From NCBI GenBank assembly GCA_019057865.1, contig JAHLWP010000005.1:1-64000 (forward strand): a stretch of DNA of 64,000 bases, read 5' to 3'. This DNA comes from Promethearchaeota archaeon (GTDB lineage Archaea; Asgardarchaeota; Lokiarchaeia; Sigyniarchaeales; SOKP01). Numbering within the stretch: the first letter of the stretch is position 1; each line of letters begins with the position of its first letter. A program made the translations under genes and the position numbers. A model generated the notes under the pieces. The model had not been told where the DNA came from. It did not search any database and worked only from the letters and a program-made list of their open reading frames with translations. Shown piece by piece: positions 1 through 7,977 of the stretch.

Positions 1-94
1 TCAACTAGAGAGGACCTAATCTATTTTGTCGAGTGAGTGGGGTTTGACATTAAAGAAAAAAAAAGAATTATGAAGGAAAAAAGGAATTAATAAC

Positions 95-892
95 TTATTT
101 GATTTCCTTAGCTTGTGCTATCCAATCTTCAATATCTTTTAATCGTGGGGGTCTTCTAATCACGTCTGGTTTTTCTTTATCTAATTCTATTATTCTTTCT
201 AATGTATTTTCAGGATTTCGTTGCGCAAATTCTTTTACAGAGTCTATACCTATTTGATTTAGCACATCAGCATATTCAGGACCTACACCACCTATACGCA
301 TTAAATCTGCATGTTCAGCCCATTTATCAATCAATTTTTCTGAGATTTTAGTTTTTCCAACTAATTCCTTAACTCTATCAGTATCTAATAATAATAAATT
401 CTCAACTTTAGAAACCCCAGCTTTTTCTAAAGTTTTTCCATACTTTTTTCCGATACCTTCAATCTCTATAATCGGAGTTTCCTTGGGACTTGTTTTCGCT
501 TTTTTCTCTTCGTATAAATCATTTGCCTCTTTAATCCATCCATCAAGATCTTCTACTACTGGGATCTTTCTTATAACATCAGGTTGCTTCTTATCAAATT
601 CCACTATTTTATCTAATGTACTTTGCGCAGTTCTATAAGATAGTTCTTTAATTGAGTCAATGCCTATCCTATTTAAGACTTCAGAATATTCTGGACCAAT
701 GCCCTTAATTTTCATCAATTCTGCTTGTTCCTGCCATTTATCAATTAATTTGGGTGAAATCTTAGTCTTTTCTGCTAATTCTTTAACTTCTCGCCAAGTT
801 AAGGGTATTAAATCTTCTGCATTAGCAAAACCAGCTTTTTCTAAAATTTTAGCATATTTTTCGCCAACGCCCTCAATTTCTATAATTTTCAT
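95..892 (-). CDS. DUF4332-family helix-hairpin-helix protein with two tandem domains
   Basis: The ~125-aa unit is internally duplicated. IIEIEG(V/I)G.KY.K.LEKAG ... LM.I.G.GPEY..VLN.IGIDS.KE ... PDVIR..P...D...WI..A occurs twice and matches the DUF4332 pattern. Confidence 0.8.
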   Translation of the reverse strand: MKIIEIEGVGEKYAKILEKAGFANAEDLIPLTWREVKELAEKTKISPKLIDKWQEQAELMKIKGIGPEYSEVLNRIGIDSIKELSYRTAQSTLDKIVEFDKKQPDVIRKIPVVEDLDGWIKEANDLYEEKKAKTSPKETPIIEIEGIGKKYGKTLEKAGVSKVENLLLLDTDRVKELVGKTKISEKLIDKWAEHADLMRIGGVGPEYADVLNQIGIDSVKEFAQRNPENTLERIIELDKEKPDVIRRPPRLKDIEDWIAQAKEIK

Positions 893-1056
893 GTTTTTTG
901 CTCCTTAATTTTTTAAAATTTATAATTTAATTTTTATGTAAAATATTGAATGTTCTTCTTTAATATTTTACTCAATAAAAATTAAGTTAGTTTATTTCAT
1001 TGGCATATATCACTTTTAACGATAGATTTATTAATTCAATTCGATTAAATACAATC

Positions 1057-1747
1057 ATGGAAGAAGTTAATGAGAGTTCAGCTATTGCTGGGGAGATTAT
1101 GACTCCCAACGTTATAATGCTCGATACAAGTTCTACTTTCAAAGATGTCATTAAAAAATTGCATAAACATAACATCTCGTCAGTTTTTATTGAAGATGTT
1201 TTTAAAGGCGAATATTTTATAATTACTAAGACTGATGTTATTAATTTCCTTAATAGTGGAAGTATATTTGAGCAAAATCTCTCAGATATTTCAGTCAAGT
1301 ATATAATGCAAGGACCAGTACAATACCTATTTTAAACCTGCAAAACCTCAAATTCTAATTTTCATGGACAATATAAATAGTGTATTTATCGCAAAGCACA
1401 TCTATAGAGAAAATATTGATGATGAGATAGACAAAGATTTAATGGATGTATATGGAGGAGCTTTAAGTTCTATTTCAGCGATAACAGATGAAGTAATTAA
1501 AAGGTCGGGAACCATGCGTCAATTACTTAAAGATAAACGATCTATCCTTTTTGAACCACACAAAGGAATTACGGGGATTTTAATCAGCGATTATAATTCT
1601 ATTGAACTACGACGCAAATTACAAATTGCTACCAAGAAATTTTATGAAACCCATTCAAAAATCATCGACTCTAAGCATAAAGATGAGGTAGGAGTTAATA
1701 GAGATCTTAGTATTGAACCAGTGGTTCCAATTTTTAAAGAAGATTGA
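1057..1747 (+). pseudogene. Disrupted CBS-domain plus longin/roadblock-like domain gene (internal deletion and frameshift at ~1320)
   Basis: The first ORF encodes one CBS unit (AGEIMTPNVI...KKLHKHNISSVFI...IITKTDVI) and the start of a second (ISVKYIMQGPV), then stops at 1335. The +1 frame is open from 1307 and reads NTYFKPAKPQILIFMDNINSVFIAKH into the 1364..1747 ORF, which has a longin-like pattern (GGALSSISAITDEV...ILFEP..GITGILIS...LRRKL...KKFYE). Confidence 0.6.
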
Positions 1748-1889
1748 AGTTCAACAATATTTTCAGTTATTGTAAAACAAGTTCGATCATTGTATATTTT
1801 TCTATTAATAGATTTAGGTATCTTATTAATTTTTAAATAACTTTATTTCTACTAGTTTGTTTAATATCTTAATTATAATAGATTGAGAG

Positions 1890-3164
1890 GTGGAAATATT
1901 AATGCAATTAATTACGGGTGTTGATATTTTAGATGAAGAGATAAAAGAGAAATTAAAATCCGAAAATATTTATAAAATTTTTAATAATTTCATTTTTCCA
2001 ATTATAACAGAGGAAGAGAGGGAATTTTTGGAGGAATTAGAGTCATTTCTACTTAAAAATATTGAACCGAATATGAATTTAACTGAAGAAGTCTATAATC
2101 TTTTTCCAATCCTTGGTCAGAAAAACTATATCCAGAGATTAAATCCCTATGGGGAATATGAAAGATATAACATGCGTTATGAGATGCTTTTAGCAATGGC
2201 AACATCGATCATTGATCCCGAATTAGATTTAGCTAGAGTGGTTACTGGTGTTATATTTGCCAATCCTTTGTTTCAATTTGGTAGAGGAGATAGAATTTCT
2301 GAAATTTTAAACCAAATAATGACAGGCAAAAAGATTGGTTGTATTTGTATTACCGAAAGAAAACATGGTTCTGATGCTGTTAACATGGAAACGAAGGTTT
2401 TAGATAAAGGAGATCATTTAATTTTTGATGGAGAAAAGTTATATACGACTAATGGTCCAGTAGCTGATTACTTTATAGTATATGGAGTTTCGGACGTCTC
2501 AGATCCACGAGGAACAATGTATCAGGCGATTGCTGAAAGAGGATACGAAGGATTAATAACTAATAGATTGGGCATTCAATCAGTTCCACGTGTAGAAATT
2601 GGTCAGACTCTTTTTAATTCTGTTAAAATCCCTAAGGAAAATGTTCTTGGAGAAAAAGGGCAAGGATATAAAAATTTGTTTTCTGGGCTAGTAGCTGAAA
2701 GATGCGCTATTATTGGTTCTAGTTTAGGTATTGCTTGGTTAACTGCAATTACAGGTCTAATTTATACAAATTTAAGAATTCAATTTCATCGACCAGTATA
2801 TGATTTTCAAGGAGTCTCATTTCCTCAGGCACAGAATTTTACTGAATTAATGGCAGCTACAGAATTGGGTTTTAAAGCAGCTTCTGAGTATAACAAGACT
2901 ATTGAACGTAAATATTTTGATCAACAAAAATTTGTTAAATATAACGCGGCATTTAGTTCTGGTACAAAATATCTTGCGTCTCATTTAGCTCATAAAATTT
3001 CATATGAAACTCAACAATTGTGTGGAGGTATTGCGTTTACAGATAATCTAAGGATTGATAAAGCCTTAGAAGTTGCTAAAGTTCAGGAAATTATAGGAGG
3101 TGCCCGAAATATTCAGCTTTATCTGGTTAGTAGAGCTATTAAAGATATGATTTCTCTTTTATAA
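1890..3164 (+). CDS. Acyl-CoA dehydrogenase family protein
   Basis: Motifs CICITE..HGSDA, GEKLYTTNGP.AD, LGEKGQGY, QLCGGIAF and EIIGGARNIQ. The true start is probably the ATG at 1902. Confidence 0.92.
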   Translation: MEILMQLITGVDILDEEIKEKLKSENIYKIFNNFIFPIITEEEREFLEELESFLLKNIEPNMNLTEEVYNLFPILGQKNYIQRLNPYGEYERYNMRYEMLLAMATSIIDPELDLARVVTGVIFANPLFQFGRGDRISEILNQIMTGKKIGCICITERKHGSDAVNMETKVLDKGDHLIFDGEKLYTTNGPVADYFIVYGVSDVSDPRGTMYQAIAERGYEGLITNRLGIQSVPRVEIGQTLFNSVKIPKENVLGEKGQGYKNLFSGLVAERCAIIGSSLGIAWLTAITGLIYTNLRIQFHRPVYDFQGVSFPQAQNFTELMAATELGFKAASEYNKTIERKYFDQQKFVKYNAAFSSGTKYLASHLAHKISYETQQLCGGIAFTDNLRIDKALEVAKVQEIIGGARNIQLYLVSRAIKDMISLL

Positions 3165-3311
3165 TTTAATTTAAAATAATACAATCAATTTTTTTGAAAA
3201 AATGATAAAAGGATTTAACTCATTTATAACTAGATGTTCTTATTAATATATAGAAGAGTAACAAATAGCAAATTAGTTAAATTTTTGAATTCTTAAAAGA
3301 ACGGAAAGGAA

Positions 3312-4088
3312 ATGGTTGATATCACATATAAAGTAGTTTTTAATGGTCAGATCGATGACAATTTGAGAAGTAAGATTGATAACGGATTTTTAGAAGAAGT
3401 AATTGATGATTCACAAACAAATGTTGTAATAGGAGTAGATTTCTATGCTAAAAATTTTAATCTCTATGGTAAAGAAATAAAAGCTCAAGTTTGGATTGTA
3501 AATCAAGGGCAAATGTTTAAGACTATTAAAGCTATGTACTATAAAGGTGCTAATCTTGTAATATATGTGAAATCTAATAACTCATCTACATTTGAAAAAT
3601 TAATAGATTCCTTCAAAAATGCTAAGATTAATCCAAGTCATATAGTTCTAATAGAGAACACAGAGGATTTTACTGAGGTTTTTTTTAAATATGTAATTGT
3701 AATTACTTTGTATCATGATGGTTTAATAAGTGCTAGTACATTTAGAGAGAGACAATTGGTTTATGAGAAAGGCAATAACCCACAATTTACAGTATTAAGT
3801 GATTATTTAGAATCAGAAGAATATGAAATTAAAAATTTAAAAAATTATCTAAGGATAAAAGAGGAGGAAATTGAAGAATTCAGAAAGTTAGTTAAATTTA
3901 AAGATAAACAGATAAATAATTTAAAAGATTCCCTCAAATCGAAAGACAAACTCATAAGGTCACAAATTAATGAAATGAAAATTATAGCGAATTCGGTAAA
4001 AATTAAAGAAAAGGAACTTGAGGATCTAAGAAAAGAATTAAAGCTTAAGGATAAGCAAATAAATGGTTTAAAGAATACGAAAACTTAG
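3312..4088 (+). CDS. Degenerate Rab-like small GTPase domain (no P-loop) fused to a C-terminal coiled coil
   Basis: It keeps Rab-family motifs IGVDF, KAQVW, FKTI and YYKGA. G1 reads GQIDDNLRS and G3 reads IVNQGQ. The C-terminal ~90 aa is a K/E-rich heptad region with an internal repeat (KEEEIEEFRK..KFKDKQINNLK / KEKELEDLRK..KLKDKQINGLK). Confidence 0.6.
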   Translation: MVDITYKVVFNGQIDDNLRSKIDNGFLEEVIDDSQTNVVIGVDFYAKNFNLYGKEIKAQVWIVNQGQMFKTIKAMYYKGANLVIYVKSNNSSTFEKLIDSFKNAKINPSHIVLIENTEDFTEVFFKYVIVITLYHDGLISASTFRERQLVYEKGNNPQFTVLSDYLESEEYEIKNLKNYLRIKEEEIEEFRKLVKFKDKQINNLKDSLKSKDKLIRSQINEMKIIANSVKIKEKELEDLRKELKLKDKQINGLKNTKT

Positions 4089-4249
4089 CCCATTATACTT
4101 ACTTAATTGTCTTAAATTTATTATTTTTATATCATGATTTTAAATTGATATAAAATTTTAATACATATTATCTGGGCAATATGTTTATTAAAAAATAATG
4201 AATGTGTAGATTATTACATAGTAAGTAGCTAAATAGGTAATATACACTC

Positions 4250-4657
4250 ATGGAATTAAATGGTTATCTAGAGAACCCAAAGGATAATGAGGAGGACTTA
4301 GGGAAAAATTTAGAAGCACTACTTCACATGTTTTTACTTAAAAATCCGAACATTAATGCAGCAGCTGTAATTACAACGGAGGGGCTTCCAATTCTTTCTG
4401 CCATTTCTCATCGTTTAGATGAAACAAGAATCGCGGCCATGTCAGCTACACTACTTTCTTTGGCAGAAAGGGCTATAGAAGAAATGGAGAGAGGAGATTT
4501 TAATGAACTTTTTATTAAGGGAACAAAGGGATACTTAATATTAACACAAGCAGGGCCTCATGCTGTTTTGATGCTTTCTACAACCTTGGACGTTCAACTT
4601 GGATTATTATTTTTTGATTGTGAAAGAATATGTGAAAAGATTGCATACCTAATATGA
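4250..4657 (+). CDS. Roadblock/LC7 (MglB-like) domain protein
   Basis: AAAVITTEGLPILS, DETRIAAMSATLLSLAERA, GDFNELFIKGTKGYLIL and LGLLF form the canonical archaeal roadblock pattern. Confidence 0.9.
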   Translation: MELNGYLENPKDNEEDLGKNLEALLHMFLLKNPNINAAAVITTEGLPILSAISHRLDETRIAAMSATLLSLAERAIEEMERGDFNELFIKGTKGYLILTQAGPHAVLMLSTTLDVQLGLLFFDCERICEKIAYLI

Positions 4658-4696
4658 TTTAACAAACTTATTATTATTTCTATATTAATCATTATT

Positions 4697-5566
4697 ATGA
4701 CCTTCTCTAAACCAATAACAGAAATCATAAGAGAGCGTACTTCATGGAGGACCTATTCTCCTATACCAATCGAAAAAGATAAGGAAGAACGTTTAAAAGA
4801 AATACTTACACTTAAAAGTTTCTCAAGCCCGTTTAGTAAGATTGCTGGTAGATGTCGATTTGAACTCATTAGTATGCCTGAGTTTGAACCAAATGAAAAG
4901 AAAAAGCTAGGGACCTATGGTTTAATCTCAGGAGCTCAAGAATTCATAGTGGGCGCTACTGAAGAATCGAAATATAATATTGAAAACTATGGTTATTTAA
5001 TGGAAGCAATTATTTTGGCTGCTACTGATATGGGATTAGGTACGTGTTGGTTAGGGGGAACCTTCAATCGCAGTTTATTTTCTGCAAAAATTAATTGTAA
5101 GTCAAATGAAATAGTTCCAGCAATTTCTCCTATAGGGTATATTCCAGAAAATCGCAGTTTTAAAGAAAAAATAATCCGTAAGTTTGCCAAAGCAAATGAT
5201 CGGTATCAATGGGATAAACTCTTTTTCAATGATAATTTTAGTACTCCCCTCAATCAAGAAGAAGCTGGAAAATATGCTCCTCTACTTGAAATGGTTCGAC
5301 TTGGTCCTTCTGCTGGAAATAAACAGCCATGGAGAATTGTTAAAGAATCAGCCTATAATATTTTCCATTTCTATGTGAAAAGTTCGAAAAATAAATTTGG
5401 TATTAAATATAGCATGTTCGTGCACCTCGATATAGGAATTGCAATTTGCCATTTTGCCCTAACTGCTAGGGAACTTGAAATTAGAGGAAGTTGGGAATTC
5501 CTCCAACCAAAAATTAATGAAATTGAAGGATTAAACTATATTATATCTTGGAATGGCTCTTCCTGA
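4697..5566 (+). CDS. Nitroreductase family protein (two-domain, TM1586-like)
   Basis: IRERTSWRTY, GYLMEAIILAATDMGLGTCWLGG, RLGPSAGNKQPWR and DIGIAICHF. Confidence 0.88.
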   Translation: MTFSKPITEIIRERTSWRTYSPIPIEKDKEERLKEILTLKSFSSPFSKIAGRCRFELISMPEFEPNEKKKLGTYGLISGAQEFIVGATEESKYNIENYGYLMEAIILAATDMGLGTCWLGGTFNRSLFSAKINCKSNEIVPAISPIGYIPENRSFKEKIIRKFAKANDRYQWDKLFFNDNFSTPLNQEEAGKYAPLLEMVRLGPSAGNKQPWRIVKESAYNIFHFYVKSSKNKFGIKYSMFVHLDIGIAICHFALTARELEIRGSWEFLQPKINEIEGLNYIISWNGSS

Positions 5567-5583
5567 GAATTTTTAATACAATA

Positions 5584-5706
5584 TTAAAAATCTATATCTT
5601 GTCCAATTCCTTTTTCTAATGCTTGGTCATATACTATTTTTCCAAATGCTACATCATATGTACTTATTCCAACAGAATTTAAATATAAATATATCTTATA
5701 AACCAT
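5584..5706 (-). pseudogene. C-terminal remnant of an ornithine cyclodeaminase/mu-crystallin (archaeal AlaDH) family gene
   Basis: My own translation of the minus strand gives IYLYLNSVGISTYDVAFGKIVYDQALEKGIGQDIDF*. This matches the family C-terminus pattern (xxxF.SVG.A..D.A.A..VY..A..KGIG..I.F). The rest of the gene is absent. Confidence 0.65.
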
Positions 5707-5746
5707 TTTTAACTATATCAGCACAAGAAGTTATTATATTTAGAAT

Positions 5747-6277
5747 ATGAAAGATTTTTCAAATTATTGGAATGCAATTTCCTTTGCATTTATTAAACAT
5801 GGCCACCTAAAAAGAAAGACCAAGGATGTTCCTTATGTCATTCATCCAATTCGAGTTACTTCAATTTTAAGAGCAACTGGTTTTAACGAATTTGAACACG
5901 AAGATTTGATGATTGCTGCATTATTTCATGATCTAGTTGAAGATACTGACACTAATTTGATAGAAATTGAAAGCCAATTTGGAAAATCAGTTGCCTTAAT
6001 TGTTGCTGAACTTACTAAACCTGATGGGGCTAAAGGTCGTAAAAAAGAAAAATGGTTAGAAAGTTTTATAAAAAAATCAAAAGAAGCAAAAATAATTAAA
6101 ATGGCTGACAGAATAGATAATCTCATGGAAAAGGGAGATATTTGGACTGAAGAAAAACAGAAATTATATGCTGAACAAGCGAAAATAATTTTAAAATCTT
6201 GTGGAGATGCTAACAAAAAATTAGCTGATAAGTTGGACAATAAAATCAGTAAAGTTTTAGAGAGTAAAAACTTCTAA
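5747..6277 (+). CDS. HD-domain small alarmone hydrolase (Mesh1/SpoT-HD-like)
   Basis: H..L.RK...PYVIHP, AALFHDLVEDT, FG..VA.IVAELT and AK.IKMADRIDN are the RelA/SpoT hydrolase (HD_4) signature. No synthetase domain is present. Confidence 0.85.
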   Translation: MKDFSNYWNAISFAFIKHGHLKRKTKDVPYVIHPIRVTSILRATGFNEFEHEDLMIAALFHDLVEDTDTNLIEIESQFGKSVALIVAELTKPDGAKGRKKEKWLESFIKKSKEAKIIKMADRIDNLMEKGDIWTEEKQKLYAEQAKIILKSCGDANKKLADKLDNKISKVLESKNF

Positions 6278-6357
6278 TTCTTAGCTCTTTCAGAGTTCGA
6301 AAAGTAAAAATTATAAAAAAAATAGAAATTAATTATTTTGAATCTTTAATTCTTAAA

Positions 6358-7392
6358 TTAGACAAACCGTTGATTAATGACTGTTTGAAATTGTATATTT
6401 GACCGTGGTCGATTTTGATAACCGCCTCTCTTTGAGACTAAGTAAAACTGTGCCATGGTTTTATCATGAACTAAGGTAATTCCACGCCATTTATTATTGT
6501 TAGAATTGAATTCTACTACGTTTCCGAGACCAACTCCTTCTCTTGTTGAAATTTCAAATTTTAAACTATTTAAAATCTTAATAAGTTTATCATGATATTC
6601 AGTAATTTCTTTTTTCTGTGATTTGTCTTTAAATCTTAAGGCTTCAATTGAAAAGGCTTTAAGGATATCATTACTCATATACTTCCATGCATCAGAGTTA
6701 GCATAAAATTCAATTCCGATAAATTCACCGTTTATAAACACAGCAATTCCACACTGATTTTCTACATTCTTAAAATTATTGACCATCTTTTCTGTTTGTT
6801 TTTCAGATTCCTGTGTCATTTCAAGGTAACTTTGAGTAGGAGCAACAGCAAGGTCGTAATTCATTTCAGCTCTATGAGACTGGATTTCATCCCATACTGC
6901 ACCCTGACCTACTGCTGAAATTGCCTCAAATGCAACATTAGGGTGTAGTCGAGTATTTGACGACTTAAACCCACGTCCCTTAGTGTATCTCCATCTTGAT
7001 TGTTCTACACATTTAGCGGGGATTTTATATTTCTGAGAAGGATTTCCAGGATTTTGCTTGACAATAGATTGTTTTCCTCCGACGGGTAATAAAATAGGTT
7101 CCCAGATTGTTCTATCCTGCTTTCCGCCATGGACAGTCATTCCAAATGGAATTAATATTTGTTTATCGCTTTTATTTATAACTTCTAATTCGCCAACTGC
7201 ATCAGTTTCAACAATTTCTATTAGTTCCAATTCTTCAGCTTCTTTTATTGTTATAAAATCAATAAATTTATCATCTTGAACGATAATAGGGATAACAGTC
7301 ATATTTTTATAAACTTGAGGAGATTCTAACTTAAGAAAACCTAATGGATTTTTAAACATAGATTCTACAATTTGAATACTATCATTTTTCAA
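6358..7392 (-). CDS. ARPP-1 (DUF6569) family protein
   Basis: P.VYKNMTVIPI, EIVE...VGELEVINKS...ILIP.G..VHGGKQDR, IP..CVEQSRW, QGAVW.EI and QCGIAVFING....IEF match ARPP-1/DUF6569. The TTG start overlaps the upstream TGA. Confidence 0.75.
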   Translation of the reverse strand: MKNDSIQIVESMFKNPLGFLKLESPQVYKNMTVIPIIVQDDKFIDFITIKEAEELELIEIVETDAVGELEVINKSDKQILIPFGMTVHGGKQDRTIWEPILLPVGGKQSIVKQNPGNPSQKYKIPAKCVEQSRWRYTKGRGFKSSNTRLHPNVAFEAISAVGQGAVWDEIQSHRAEMNYDLAVAPTQSYLEMTQESEKQTEKMVNNFKNVENQCGIAVFINGEFIGIEFYANSDAWKYMSNDILKAFSIEALRFKDKSQKKEITEYHDKLIKILNSLKFEISTREGVGLGNVVEFNSNNNKWRGITLVHDKTMAQFYLVSKRGGYQNRPRSNIQFQTVINQRFV

Positions 7393-7808
7393 ACTTGCTC
7401 ATCCTCCTTTACATTATTTTTATTTTTTTCTTTTTTTTTGGCAACCTCTTCTTCATAAAGCGGACTTATAAATTGATTAACAATATCTTCTCCATTTTTA
7501 GTAAGTTCTACCCCATAAGAGATTTGGATTTTTCCATTGTCAGTTTTTCCATTTATTCTTGTTCCTTTATCTATTTTTAGATCAGGCTCAGGTATTTCTT
7601 CTGTATGAGTCTTTATTAAACCACCTCTTTTAAGTGCATTTAGATGATAATTTAGACTTTGTTTTTGAATGCCGATATTATCAGCCATTTTTTTAGGTCT
7701 TTGAGGACTTTCCGAGAGTTCTCTTAAAATATCAGCTCTTACAGGGCTTCTAAACACAAGTCCGACTTTCTCGAAAATTGGTTTTTTCTTTTCTTTCTTT
7801 TTTGTCAT
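7389..7808 (-). CDS. ArsR-like winged helix-turn-helix transcriptional regulator
   Basis: SPVRADILREL...PQRPKKMADNIGIQKQSLNYHLNALKRGGLI, with a wing ending ELTKNG. It has a 4-nt overlap with the ARPP-1 gene. Confidence 0.85.
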   Translation of the reverse strand: MTKKKEKKKPIFEKVGLVFRSPVRADILRELSESPQRPKKMADNIGIQKQSLNYHLNALKRGGLIKTHTEEIPEPDLKIDKGTRINGKTDNGKIQISYGVELTKNGEDIVNQFISPLYEEEVAKKKEKNKNNVKEDEQV

Positions 7809-7828
7809 AATTTTTCACATCAATTTTG

Positions 7829-7868
7829 GTAAAAAACTTTTTTACTATAAAAATTTTTACTGTAAAAA
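7829..7868. promoter_or_regulatory. Array of palindromic operator half-sites upstream of the ArsR/ARPP-1 operon
   Basis: There is a perfect palindrome GTAAAAAA-C-TTTTTTAC (7829-7845), a second perfect one TTTTTAC-T-GTAAAAA (7854-7868) and an imperfect TTTTTAC-T-ATAAAAA between them. The array lies between the start codon and a minus-strand TATA-like TTTAAATA near 7885-7893. Confidence 0.55.
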
Positions 7869-7977
7869 TAAATAATGAATTGCATATTTAAATGTTTGTG
7901 ATTTTCTAAATTAAATTTCTTTAAAATCATTTGAATTTGAAAAGGCATAAAATAATAATTTAAGTAAAAATAAAGGC

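Noticed and set aside
1-36. Possible 3' end of a gene entering from the left edge (STREDLIYFVE*)
   Set aside because: It is too short to assign or verify within this window.
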